Source: Minisyncoccia bacterium
GTDB lineage: Bacteria > Patescibacteriota > Minisyncoccia > Phycocordibacterales > UBA918
DNA: 64,000 nt
NCBI GenBank assembly: GCA_046293175.1
Contig: JBKBPM010000001.1
Location: 427,446-491,445 of the forward strand
Direction of reading: 5' to 3'
The position numbers and the translations under genes are program-made. Within the stretch, counting starts at the first letter, position 1, and every line of letters starts with the position of its first letter. This document shows, piece by piece, positions 36,552 through 45,914 of the stretch. The notes below the pieces were generated by a model. That model did not search any database, was not told where the DNA came from, and saw only the letters and a program-made list of their open reading frames with translations.

Positions 36552-37147
36552 TTGCCCGAGACCCGCCGCAGTATGAAAACAAAATACATTTTGCATGGTG
36601 GTTTTACATGCAAAGATAATGATTTAAACGCATCGTTCTTTCACGAATTCACTTCCGATATTCCCACTGACGCAAAAATCTTAATGGTCTTCTTTGCTTC
36701 AGGTGATGAAGATAAAACTAGTACCTACAATGAACTTATTGAGAAAATTTCAAAGTCAAAACCATATTCTCAGTTTTCGTTCATATTGCCATCACAGAAG
36801 ATTTTGAAACCGATTGTAGTAATGCTGATGCAATTTACTTTCATGGTGGGAACACACCTACTCTACTTGCTGCCTTAAAAGATTATGGCGATATTGAAAG
36901 ATTGTTTACAGGAAAGACGGTAGCTGGTTCTTCTGCTGGCGCATACATGCTCTCGGCATATGGTGCTGCCCACACATCTGAGCATTTCCGGCAAGGATTG
37001 GGTATCCTTAATGTTCGTGTCATTTGTCATTTTGAAAGTACCGAATTGCCACCAAGTCCAACATCACTAGCTGAAATTTATTCCACCCATCTTGATCTAC
37101 CGCTCGTTGTGTTACGCGATTGTGAATCAAAAGTATTTTTCAAATAG
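36552..37147 (+). pseudogene. S51 peptidase (PepE/cyanophycinase-like) gene disrupted by a frameshift
   Basis: The N-terminal frame 36552..36878 reads MKTKYILHGG...ILMVFFASGDEDK. The +2 frame, open from 36743 to 37147, reads VFVHIAITEDFETDCSNADAIYFHGGNTPTLLAAL...TVAGSSAGAYML and contains the GGNT and G-S-SAG nucleophile motifs. The switch lies near the A-run at 36745..36765. Confidence 0.6.
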
Positions 37148-37185
37148 TGAAAGGCAACAAAGTCTATATGGTTAGAGGGCGTTCG

Positions 37186-37743
37186 TTACCATCCAACCCA
37201 ACTGTCATAAAAGTAAAACCCAAGGTACGCGAGCGCGATGTTGTAGATCATGTTCCCAATGGTCAAGGGAATAATGATACGTCGATACGAAAAACCCATA
37301 AGAGTCAGGGAGGCCACGATAAAATCATTTGAAAATGGTGAAATAGTGCCGTAAAGCATAAGCCCTGGAGTGAGGAGACGTGGATGGCGTGCCAGTACGT
37401 ATGATACTGAAGTAAGCCATGTTTCTATGCGTCCACTCACTGCCCTCTTCGCTTCTCGACTAAAGAGATAGGTGGTTGAGTCCCCAACCATCACACCACA
37501 CGCCGTAGCTACACCAAGGAGCCACGGGGTGGCACCACCGGCAGCTAGCCCCATCAGGACAAGGTGGTACGGAATTCCCGTAAAGGTTGATAATCCGCCA
37601 ATCATCCCGAGGAGAAACATCAGAAGCGGCGCTCGTTCGATACCAACATACGCAATAATCGTATCGGTGGAAATGGTCGCAAACAGGAGACCAATCCCGA
37701 TAAAGGTTACCACTGCCAACACTGGAAGGATGAACTTCGGCAT
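37186..37743 (-). CDS. DedA/YqaA-like (VTT/SNARE-associated domain) membrane protein
   Basis: It is a 5-6 TM protein of 185 aa with the pattern ...LLMFLLGMIGGLSTFTGIPYHLVLMGLAAG. The family call is tentative. Confidence 0.45.
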   Translation of the reverse strand: MPKFILPVLAVVTFIGIGLLFATISTDTIIAYVGIERAPLLMFLLGMIGGLSTFTGIPYHLVLMGLAAGGATPWLLGVATACGVMVGDSTTYLFSREAKRAVSGRIETWLTSVSYVLARHPRLLTPGLMLYGTISPFSNDFIVASLTLMGFSYRRIIIPLTIGNMIYNIALAYLGFYFYDSWVGW

Positions 37744-37746
37744 AAA

Positions 37747-39279
37747 CTACGGACGACGTGGCCGCTCGGGCAAGATTTCAAGAGAGGTTAGCTCTTTTTT
37801 GTGGTCACGTACCCGATCGATAGTGAACATCACACGCTCTCCCACCAGCGCCTCTGATACCAACGGACTTGTCGACGCGGTGGCACTAACCACTATCGTT
37901 TCTTTTTGACGCATCCGGATAGTTAGCGTATCGCCGTCTACGGCCACTACTTGTCCAAATAGTATCGGTTGCTTTTTTTCGGTGAAGTACGGTACGTACC
38001 ACAATGCTGGAATTAGAGCAAAAAATAGTGCCGCCGCCACAAACAACCACCAGGCTTGTGTGTGGTGAGGCTCAGTCCGTTTAATCTCGCGTTCGAGCCA
38101 ATCAAAGACCTTCGCTGCGACATTAACCGGTGTCCCCTGTAGGGGGTCATGGTGGAGGTTGATAAACGGCACCGAGTTACACTCGATAATCCCCCAGCGC
38201 ACGGTCGCCGGATCAGCCGATACATCAGTTGAGATGAAGTCAAAACCAATAATTGGATCGTCAACTGCTTCGGCGGCTTTATCAAACCATTTAAGTAAAT
38301 CTGGGTGTGTCACATCAATCATCTCGCGACTCATACCGCCATAAGAAAGACCAATCTTTTCACTGAGATCAATGGTCTCACCGGCCGGAATGACTGAATC
38401 AAGCGTAAGACCCAAGGTGGTCAAAAAAGTATCAAGCTTCTCTGTGTACTTGACCGGGCCTTGTTGCGGGTCACGGGTCGCATTTTTGTGTTCTATCAAA
38501 TCACGGACGGTGCTGTGTCCATCGCCTGTCACACGTGGCGGATCCCCAGCGAGAATACCCTCGACCTTACCATCAACACAGGTGGCACGATACACACTCC
38601 CGACGAGATGTTCTTCTACAATCACCGGCCACGAGAGCTGGCGGGCTTGGCGATAAGCGCGCTTGAGGTCAGCTAAGGTCGCAATATGGGTGGTCGTATG
38701 GCGACCACGAGAACCAAAACGTGGTTTTACAATCACGGGTTTTTCTAGACCCTGAAATACCTTCTTCGCACCCCACCAGGAGTACACCACCTTCCCTTTT
38801 GATACTGGTATCCCATGCTCTATGAGACGTTTTTTTAAGAGCCACTTATCATCAATCCAGCCACAGGCAACCTTTTGGACTCGATCAAGACGGGGGACTC
38901 CAGCAAAGATAAAACTTTTTCCGAGTATCGTAAGACGATAGGTGTCATGCCGACGTTTCCCGACCTTAAGTACTTCCATGGTGTAGCCGCGACTATGCGC
39001 CTCGGCAGCCAAGACTCCGCTACGATCGACCACAAATGGTGGCAGCATCGGTTCAAAGGTCACAAAACCGAGGCGCTGCCCCATCCACAAAAAAACCGCA
39101 AACAATCCATCAATAAAAAGGAGGAGTGGTCGTCCAAGCCACGAGGAGAGTACCCACTGCATCATCGGGTTGAGGACGAGAAAAGCAAATGCATCCACTT
39201 GTGCTGCACTGTGTGAGGTTGGATTGTTGCCACACCACAAACACTGATTCTTTTTGACTGCTGTTTCGTTGACCGCCAT
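37747..39279 (-). CDS. Membrane-anchored ATP-grasp protein resembling the N-terminal ATP-grasp domain of cyanophycin synthetase (CphA) / RimK-like ligases
   Basis: KPRFGSRGRHTTTHIATLADLKRAYRQA, VIVEEHLVGSVYRATCVDGKV and VTGDGHSTVRDLIEHKNATRDPQQG are CphA-like motifs. TM segments lie on both sides of the domain. There are no Mur-ligase-like domains. Confidence 0.6.
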   Translation of the reverse strand: MAVNETAVKKNQCLWCGNNPTSHSAAQVDAFAFLVLNPMMQWVLSSWLGRPLLLFIDGLFAVFLWMGQRLGFVTFEPMLPPFVVDRSGVLAAEAHSRGYTMEVLKVGKRRHDTYRLTILGKSFIFAGVPRLDRVQKVACGWIDDKWLLKKRLIEHGIPVSKGKVVYSWWGAKKVFQGLEKPVIVKPRFGSRGRHTTTHIATLADLKRAYRQARQLSWPVIVEEHLVGSVYRATCVDGKVEGILAGDPPRVTGDGHSTVRDLIEHKNATRDPQQGPVKYTEKLDTFLTTLGLTLDSVIPAGETIDLSEKIGLSYGGMSREMIDVTHPDLLKWFDKAAEAVDDPIIGFDFISTDVSADPATVRWGIIECNSVPFINLHHDPLQGTPVNVAAKVFDWLEREIKRTEPHHTQAWWLFVAAALFFALIPALWYVPYFTEKKQPILFGQVVAVDGDTLTIRMRQKETIVVSATASTSPLVSEALVGERVMFTIDRVRDHKKELTSLEILPERPRRP

Positions 39280-39281
39280 AC

Positions 39282-39977
39282 CTAATCGATATCTAAGCGA
39301 CCATTATCAGCATCAGCAATACACTGAAGGAGCTCTGGGGTCTCCGTCCAGCCACACTGGCCGCTTGCCTGCCGCTCGCAGGTAGCTTTTTGGTAACAGC
39401 TATACTTGGCTGTCCATTCGCAGGTCGTCGTCATATCATTACCTTCTTCAAGACACAGCTGCGAACTACACCCGCCAACCACACAACCCTTGGTCGTCTT
39501 GGGGGTCACTGCGAGATAGTAGGATTGATTGCCGTAGAGTGTGTAGGTGCCATCGGAAAGCGGCTTTGCGTAGACGGTCGCAGTCTCACCTATATATGAC
39601 TCGAGGTCACCAATACCTGACACACCAACCACACTCCCGACCGTCTCTTGGCTCCAGCCAATGGTGAGGGTAACATGTTTGCCACCCACGACCGCATAAC
39701 ACTCACCGTCTGCAAAGCAGCCTGTATTTACTTCAGTAAGGGTTCCTGAGAACGTGCCGGTTGGTTTTTTGGTGGCACTCACCGGCGGCTTTGGTGTAGC
39801 GACACCATCAGTACTGGTTGCTGTAGTTTCGGTAGAGGTAGCAATAGTTTCAATCTGCTCTGGTGGACCAATCAGTTCGGCGTTTGGCGCCTCAGCAGTC
39901 TGATGATTCAAAAACAGAATAGCGATAACTGAGACTAGCCCAACTATCACCACGCCACCAATGAGATGTTTGTTCAT
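39282..39977 (-). CDS. Secreted Cys-rich hypothetical protein (about 12 Cys)
   Basis: It has a signal peptide, a Thr-rich linker and several Cys motifs: CFADGEC, CVVGGCSSQLC, CEWTAKYSC, CERQASGQC. Confidence 0.55.
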   Translation of the reverse strand: MNKHLIGGVVIVGLVSVIAILFLNHQTAEAPNAELIGPPEQIETIATSTETTATSTDGVATPKPPVSATKKPTGTFSGTLTEVNTGCFADGECYAVVGGKHVTLTIGWSQETVGSVVGVSGIGDLESYIGETATVYAKPLSDGTYTLYGNQSYYLAVTPKTTKGCVVGGCSSQLCLEEGNDMTTTCEWTAKYSCYQKATCERQASGQCGWTETPELLQCIADADNGRLDID

Positions 39978-39984
39978 GAATTAA

Positions 39985-40878
39985 TTATACATCCATCGCG
40001 CGCAAGCGAGCGATACGCTCCGCTGCTGGAGGGTGCGTATGGAACAGGCCACCGACGCGCTGCCAGAGACTTGGCTTCCCGCCAGCAAATGGGTCAGAAA
40101 TAAAGAGGTGGGCGGTCGCATGACTTGCAGACTTCATTGGACGAGCGTAACCACTGATTTTCTCTAGCGCGCTTGCGAGTCCCTCTGGATAGCGCGTCAG
40201 GAGTGCTCCGGTAGCATCGGCAAGATACTCACGGCGACGGGAAATTGCCATCTGCATGAGCTGAGCGGCAATCGGGGCGAGAATAATACCGACAATGCCA
40301 ACAATCAGGAAGATTGGATGACGATTTTCACGGTTACCATCAAACATAAGTGCCCGAGAGAAGAAGTCTGCCACAATCGCCACAAAACCGGCGAGTACCA
40401 CTGCCACTGTCATCACCAGCATGTCCCGATTACCGATATGTGCCATTTCGTGTGCCATCACTCCTTCAAGTTCATTCTTATCAAGGATATTAAGGAGACC
40501 AGTAGTTGCTGCCACCACTGCATGCTTTGGGTTTCGACCCGTCGCAAAGGCATTTGGTGCCGCGTCATCAACGACATAGACCTTTGGCATCGGGAGGCCA
40601 GCGGTGATGGCGAGATTTTCAACGATCGTGTAAAGCTCTGGCGCTTCTTGTTTGGTGACTGGTCGAGCATTAGTCATCCGTAGAACAAGCTTGTCTGAGA
40701 ACCAGTAACTACCGACGTTCATAACGAGCGCAAGCACCACACCGATATAAAGAATAGCTGGATTATTGAGATAAAACGCTATTACATACGATAAGGCAAT
40801 CACCATGAGGAAAAAGCCAATCATGAGGTACCAGGTCTTTCTAATATTTGCACCTTGATGAGTATACATTGTTGCCAT
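39985..40878 (-). CDS. htpX: Zinc metalloprotease HtpX (M48)
   Basis: The HEMAH motif and the downstream E (...EYLADATGA) are present. It has 4 TM helices and is 297 aa long. Confidence 0.9.
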   Translation of the reverse strand: MATMYTHQGANIRKTWYLMIGFFLMVIALSYVIAFYLNNPAILYIGVVLALVMNVGSYWFSDKLVLRMTNARPVTKQEAPELYTIVENLAITAGLPMPKVYVVDDAAPNAFATGRNPKHAVVAATTGLLNILDKNELEGVMAHEMAHIGNRDMLVMTVAVVLAGFVAIVADFFSRALMFDGNRENRHPIFLIVGIVGIILAPIAAQLMQMAISRRREYLADATGALLTRYPEGLASALEKISGYARPMKSASHATAHLFISDPFAGGKPSLWQRVGGLFHTHPPAAERIARLRAMDV

Positions 40879-40985
40879 AGACCAGCATTATACAATAAAT
40901 TGTCTTTGTAGAAAAGAATCACTCATTTTGTTGACACAAAAAAATATTCGATTAGTATTTCAGTCAGCAAAAGGGAGTACTTACC

Positions 40986-41333
40986 ATGAAGCATCAAGGC
41001 GTCATAACTGAGAGCGACACGAAACCGCTCCAAATCGATGTTGAACTTGGGACACTGACAGATCATCGAATCGTCTTTCGCTCCCAGGAACGATTTGGGG
41101 CAGACTACGAAATCTTCGACGATTCGGGGGCTTCCCTGGGCGGCCGTCCTTTCTACAATCGGACGTATCTCAATGAAGGTCTGATTGGTGACCTCAACGT
41201 CCTTCTCGAAGAATCCAATCACCGGTTATCACGAGCGAACTTTGCGTCAATCAGCGCGCAGGTCCAAGGTTACTACAATCGCCGGTACCGGGAAGAAGTG
41301 CCGGGCGGAGAGGTGGTGGTCACCTTTATATAA
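40986..41333 (+). CDS. Hypothetical protein (115 aa)
   Basis: A TTGACA-16-TAGTAT promoter-like sequence and AAGGGAG lie upstream. A hairpin plus T-tract lies at ~41350..41398. No family was recognised. Confidence 0.45.
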   Translation: MKHQGVITESDTKPLQIDVELGTLTDHRIVFRSQERFGADYEIFDDSGASLGGRPFYNRTYLNEGLIGDLNVLLEESNHRLSRANFASISAQVQGYYNRRYREEVPGGEVVVTFI

Positions 41334-41550
41334 TCAACCGCTCACACGGCTGGAGAGAACCTCCCGCTCGTGTGGGTGGTTTTCTTTTTCTCAAGTACAA
41401 GGTCTCGTAGGTAATTCAATAAACAAAGTGGTAGTGCGCCCAAAGTGAGCATGTGGTAGCTGAGAGACGTGGACAAAGGCATTAGGAATAGCCTTTGCTC
41501 ACGGAAATTCGCCCTTGTCGCGCTACGCGCTCTGTGGCTCATTCCTCATT

Positions 41551-43212
41551 TTACCAACTTCCTCCTCCCCCACCGCCTCCACCTCCACCAGCCGAACCGC
41601 CACCGGACGAGGCACTGGTTGAACTTGTCACTGAACTGGTGAAACTCGAGATATCACTGGCAAAGGCGGTGGCTGCAAAGGTACCCGTACCACCCTCATA
41701 CCAATCGGGAGTTGTGATCTCCATATCCGCAAAGGCCGCTGCCCATTTCTTTTCTACCTGAAAAGCAATCGCGTACGGCAAGTACCGCATAAACTGCTCG
41801 GGACTACGTTCAGGAGCATTATGAAAATCAAAACGGTCTTTGTCGGTCACCGAAAGGAATTCTTTGAAACCCTTAAGGTGATACATAGCTTCGTAACCTT
41901 TCGCGCTCCGGCGACGGTACGTTACAGCGAGATAGATACCATAGAGCATCGTCCCCGCAATAAGCACCAGATACCACACAATCCCAATGACACTCTGTAT
42001 GGCACTTGTGAAGATAATGAGAACAAAAAATAACCCAATAACAACGTAATCGCGAGGCAAAATCCGCTTACTCTCCATAAAGCCACGGGTTACGAGATCA
42101 GACCGGATTGCTTCAGATAGTTCGCTAATAATTTTGCTGTTTGCAATCTTCTTCGTCGTATCACTTTTGATACTTGAGAGCGGCACCATAGTATCTACCG
42201 CGGCATCAGCCGGGAACACCAGTTTTAATACGGAACTGAGAAATTCGCTTGGCACTTCCGCCAGCGGTCGCTTCAAGGTCAATTCATAGTCAGTGACATC
42301 AAAAAGCCAGATAACTTTGCGCTCGGTCCGTTTGATATGAATAAAGCCCTGCTCGGCGAGATAGATAAGCCCAGCCGTGATGTCATGTGCTCCAAGCTGG
42401 TCATCAAGGAGCACTCCTGCAAACATCGGCTCAACCCCTTCGTATGGTTCATACTCAGCAATGATTGGCCGGCGGCGGTAGTAAAAGTATTCGTACCGCC
42501 ACATGGCAATAATCGTCCCGAGAGTCATCGGTATCATGAGGAGAAGCGCAATAAGATCAGTTCGCCAGGTTTCTTTTGACGCAGCGAGGGCGGGATCAAG
42601 CGACGTACTAACCCCAACCGTTAATTCTTCACCCGATGGGAGATTTGGGACTTCAACCAACCAGCCACGAGTAGCATCACCACTCATGACACAATCACCG
42701 GTGGTGGTGTAGCAGCTGGCCGTCTCACCAATCGCGCCCGAAGCAGAAAATGACACCGCTTCGATAGCAGCCGGCCACTCGCGCCCCGTCACATTCCAGT
42801 AGAGCTCGACGGTGCCGTCAGAAACTTCACGTAAGGCGCCACGGAGTCGATAGGTAATCTCATATACATGCGGACCACTTATAGTAATGTCCGCGTCACC
42901 GATTTTGATTTGTCTTTCGGTTCCACCATTTACTTCATACGGCTCTACGATACCATCCCGAGTGACTGACAACACCTCAAGCTCCACCGCCCGCCGTTTG
43001 TACCACGCCGATGCTCCATCAGGGTGTGTGAGGATTAGGTTCCGAAAAATCCCGTGTCGCGCTTCGCTTTCAAAATCATAGGTCACCCGCTCGGTCACGA
43101 GCACACTGCCGTCTTCCTCAATTTCGTAGTGTGCAGTAAACGCTGGTATCGACTCCGCCAAAACAAAAAAAGGTGCACAAAAGAGAAAACCAATAATGAA
43201 GAGTCGGTACAT
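41551..43212 (-). CDS. DUF2207-like membrane protein with C-terminal poly-Gly tail
   Basis: It has a signal peptide, an extracellular N-terminal domain, TM helices and a C-terminal SGGGSAGGGGGGGGGGSW tail. The start is set at MYRLFIIGFLF, 1 nt after the upstream stop. It lies near a LemA gene. Confidence 0.6.
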   Translation of the reverse strand: MYRLFIIGFLFCAPFFVLAESIPAFTAHYEIEEDGSVLVTERVTYDFESEARHGIFRNLILTHPDGASAWYKRRAVELEVLSVTRDGIVEPYEVNGGTERQIKIGDADITISGPHVYEITYRLRGALREVSDGTVELYWNVTGREWPAAIEAVSFSASGAIGETASCYTTTGDCVMSGDATRGWLVEVPNLPSGEELTVGVSTSLDPALAASKETWRTDLIALLLMIPMTLGTIIAMWRYEYFYYRRRPIIAEYEPYEGVEPMFAGVLLDDQLGAHDITAGLIYLAEQGFIHIKRTERKVIWLFDVTDYELTLKRPLAEVPSEFLSSVLKLVFPADAAVDTMVPLSSIKSDTTKKIANSKIISELSEAIRSDLVTRGFMESKRILPRDYVVIGLFFVLIIFTSAIQSVIGIVWYLVLIAGTMLYGIYLAVTYRRRSAKGYEAMYHLKGFKEFLSVTDKDRFDFHNAPERSPEQFMRYLPYAIAFQVEKKWAAAFADMEITTPDWYEGGTGTFAATAFASDISSFTSSVTSSTSASSGGGSAGGGGGGGGGGSW

Positions 43213-43213
43213 A

Positions 43214-43588
43214 TTAATGAGATAGCCCTTGAGGTGTTTCGTTACTCTGATACTCTCCAGCCGCCGACCAGTGTAAGAAGTGTCGCTTCTTATAGAGACC
43301 TTTTTTGGCAACATTTTCGGTGAGAGCGACGCGGATATCAGCTTCGGAGATTTCGAGCAGCTGTGTCAGCGCATCAAGTACCGCCATCAGGTCGGCGTAT
43401 TCGGCGAGAAATTCTTCGCGATTTTTTGCCTTCGAGAGACCTTCCGCTTCTTCGCGGACTTTCTTTAAGAGTTCTTGTTCGAATTCTTCATTATCTTCGA
43501 GCACGCGAACTTCGCAGGTTTCGCCATTACGCTCAATCTTGTCTTTGATGCCATCGCGCACAAGTTTGTTGTAATAGACTTTACTCAT
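43214..43588 (-). CDS. MazG-like all-alpha nucleotide pyrophosphohydrolase
   Basis: MSKVYYNKLVRDGIKDKIERNGE is followed by EEFLAEYADLMAVLDALTQLLEI, the EExxE/D metal-binding helices. Confidence 0.6.
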   Translation of the reverse strand: MSKVYYNKLVRDGIKDKIERNGETCEVRVLEDNEEFEQELLKKVREEAEGLSKAKNREEFLAEYADLMAVLDALTQLLEISEADIRVALTENVAKKGLYKKRHFLHWSAAGEYQSNETPQGLSH

Positions 43589-43600
43589 AGAGATAAATTA

Positions 43601-44524
43601 TTAGACCTTAGTCGCCACAGGTAGCACAGAGCTGTCGATTGTTTTACCGGTGCGTGCGATAATGGCCTCGAGTAATTCGGGGTTAAAGTTGGCGGGTGGT
43701 ACGTCGGTGGTGGCATAGACGTAGAGAAGCGTCACCACAATTGACTCGAGTACCTGCTGCACCGCAATCGCACCAAAGAGGAAGATGACATACAGCACGC
43801 CCGTCAAAATAAAGAGAACCGGCATACCGACTTTGGCACTAATCATAAAGGTGGCCAAAAACAGCAGCACTGCCACGAGGTGCATGACAAAAAATACGAG
43901 ACCAAGGGAGATGTTTGTAATAAGACTCTCCCCCCATGTCTTCTTAAATACCTCCCCTGAGTAGGTCACCGCTTTAAAAGCTGGTTTATTATCAAGCACA
44001 ATCGCTGGCACCACAAAGTACGTCAGCACTCCCCAGGCCGCGCCAAAAAAGGCAGTGATGAAGCGACCGAGACGATCAAAGCGTTCAGTAATTGTGCGCA
44101 AAACCATCCCCACCGTTGCACTAATAAGCGCCCATACAAAGAGTGCTGGCGCATGACGAAGCGCTACCCAAAAACTCTGTCCGAGAGTAGCGTCCGTATT
44201 AGCTGCACGCTTCGCAACAGTATGAACGACCATGGCGCGTGAGAGCGCCACTACAAAGGCGGTAATGAGATAACTCCCAAAGATAAAGACCGTGCCCTGG
44301 ACTGCAAGCGCCGAATCATTCTGGAGCGCATCAATCATCCCCGTCACAAGAAGCGTCACCATAAGTATCCCAAAAAGGAGGACCATCATGATGGTCGCAA
44401 TCACCGGCACGAGGAGTAGTTCGCTATCAGCCCGCAAAAAGCGCCAACTTTCTTTGACCAAAAGCCAACTCGCGCGCCAGCGCGAAAGCTTTTGCTCGCC
44501 AACCGTAACCCCTTTACCCCACAT
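43601..44524 (-). CDS. Hypothetical multi-TM membrane protein (DUF4013-like)
   Basis: It has six or more TM helices and is co-directional with lemA. The family call is tentative. Confidence 0.5.
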   Translation of the reverse strand: MWGKGVTVGEQKLSRWRASWLLVKESWRFLRADSELLLVPVIATIMMVLLFGILMVTLLVTGMIDALQNDSALAVQGTVFIFGSYLITAFVVALSRAMVVHTVAKRAANTDATLGQSFWVALRHAPALFVWALISATVGMVLRTITERFDRLGRFITAFFGAAWGVLTYFVVPAIVLDNKPAFKAVTYSGEVFKKTWGESLITNISLGLVFFVMHLVAVLLFLATFMISAKVGMPVLFILTGVLYVIFLFGAIAVQQVLESIVVTLLYVYATTDVPPANFNPELLEAIIARTGKTIDSSVLPVATKV

Positions 44525-44526
44525 GC

Positions 44527-45114
44527 TTAGAAGGATACCTTGACTGGTTCGCGTTCTGCACTATTCTCTGGCAGTTCGAAGTATGGCATCGCGGTGAACT
44601 TAAAGAGGCTGCCAACAATATTACCCGGAAAAGACTGTAATGCGGTCGTGAGGTCACGGATGTTGCCGTTGTAGAATCGGCGCGCGGCTTGAATCTTATT
44701 TTCAGTATCAGACAGTTCACTCTGCAACTGAGCGAAGTTTGAGTTCGCTTTAAGATCTGGATACGCTTCAGCTACTGCCAGGAGCTTTCCAAGCGCACCA
44801 CCAAGCGCACTTTCGGCACCAGCCATGGCGGTAATTTGCGCTGGGGTAATATTCCCCGCATCAATATGCGTTGAAGTGGCTGCAGCGCGGGCTGCTGTCA
44901 CCGCATCAAGCGTCTCACGTTCGTGGGCAGCATAGCCCTTTACTGTTTCAACGAAGTTTGGAATCAAATCATAACGACGCTTCAGCTGTACATCAATATC
45001 AGCCCACGCTTCTTTTGCACGCTGAGTCATCGCCACAAAATTGTTATATGTTACAACCAGGTAGAGACCTACCGTTCCTACTACTCCTAGTACAATCCAC
45101 GTAAGCATACGCAA
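44527..45114 (-). CDS. lemA: LemA family protein
   Basis: An N-terminal TM segment is followed by YNNFVAMTQRAKEAWADIDVQLKRRYDLIPNFVETVKGYAAHERETLDAVTAARA, a LemA signature. Confidence 0.85.
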   Translation of the reverse strand: MRMLTWIVLGVVGTVGLYLVVTYNNFVAMTQRAKEAWADIDVQLKRRYDLIPNFVETVKGYAAHERETLDAVTAARAAATSTHIDAGNITPAQITAMAGAESALGGALGKLLAVAEAYPDLKANSNFAQLQSELSDTENKIQAARRFYNGNIRDLTTALQSFPGNIVGSLFKFTAMPYFELPENSAEREPVKVSF

Positions 45115-45224
45115 AAAAATATTACCTCTAACAATGTGATGATTATACCATAGTTTTGTGAGTTGACAGACGATGTGTTTGGTTTTAGGGTATTAGCAAG
45201 TAGATCTTTAATGGAGCGGGACCA

Positions 45225-45527
45225 ATGATACATAGCATGGGGCTTTGCCTATCAAATGAGCAGTTCTCTGTGTACGTATTTGGCACCGAGATTACCTTGT
45301 CTAGAAAGGAATTTCTGGCCTTACGTGCACTAATGCAGAACGAAGGAAAAATTATGTCTCGGGAACAACTTCTTGATGCTGCCGACATTGGTCTCGACAA
45401 GAACAACCGAGCTGTGGATTCTATGATTAAGAGGTTGCGCGCGAAGTTGTTCAAGTCCCCTGAGGCCAGAGCGATCTTCATCGAGTCTCGCAACGGTTTA
45501 GGATATCGAATTCCTGGCCGGCGATAG
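45225..45527 (+). CDS. Stand-alone OmpR/PhoB-type winged-helix DNA-binding domain protein (no receiver domain)
   Basis: EITLSRKEFLALRALMQNEGKIMSREQLLDAA...NRAVDSMIKRLRAKL...IESRNGLGYRI matches the trans_reg_C pattern. Confidence 0.65.
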   Translation: MIHSMGLCLSNEQFSVYVFGTEITLSRKEFLALRALMQNEGKIMSREQLLDAADIGLDKNNRAVDSMIKRLRAKLFKSPEARAIFIESRNGLGYRIPGRR

Positions 45528-45914
45528 CGAAACAATTTTGCAAGAAAGTACAAGGGTGTGGTGTAATACCGCGCTCTTTTTATTTACCCCGAAACATCCG
45601 ATCAAGTAGGGCTCCAAGCAGAGTCACAGTCATACCACCAATAATAAAACCAATGTAATCCGGGAATAAATATCCCAAAAATAGGATAGAAATAATGATG
45701 AAAATCGCAGCAGCAAAAAAATCAGTCATACAAAAAGTATACAACAAAAACCGGTCAAAGCCGGCTTTTGTTGTATCTAATGTTTAAATTTTAGAAATTT
45801 TTGAGGTGAGCCAAATACGAGGCGCAACAAATTTTTGAAAGAAGACGTACTTTTTGTACGTTGCCTGACAAAAATGCAGTTGCAACAAAGTAGATGGCTT
45901 ACATTCAGAAGTTT

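Noticed and set aside
45185-45553. 122-aa minus-strand ORF
   Set aside because: It is antisense to the OmpR-type winged-helix gene, whose domain motifs are clear.
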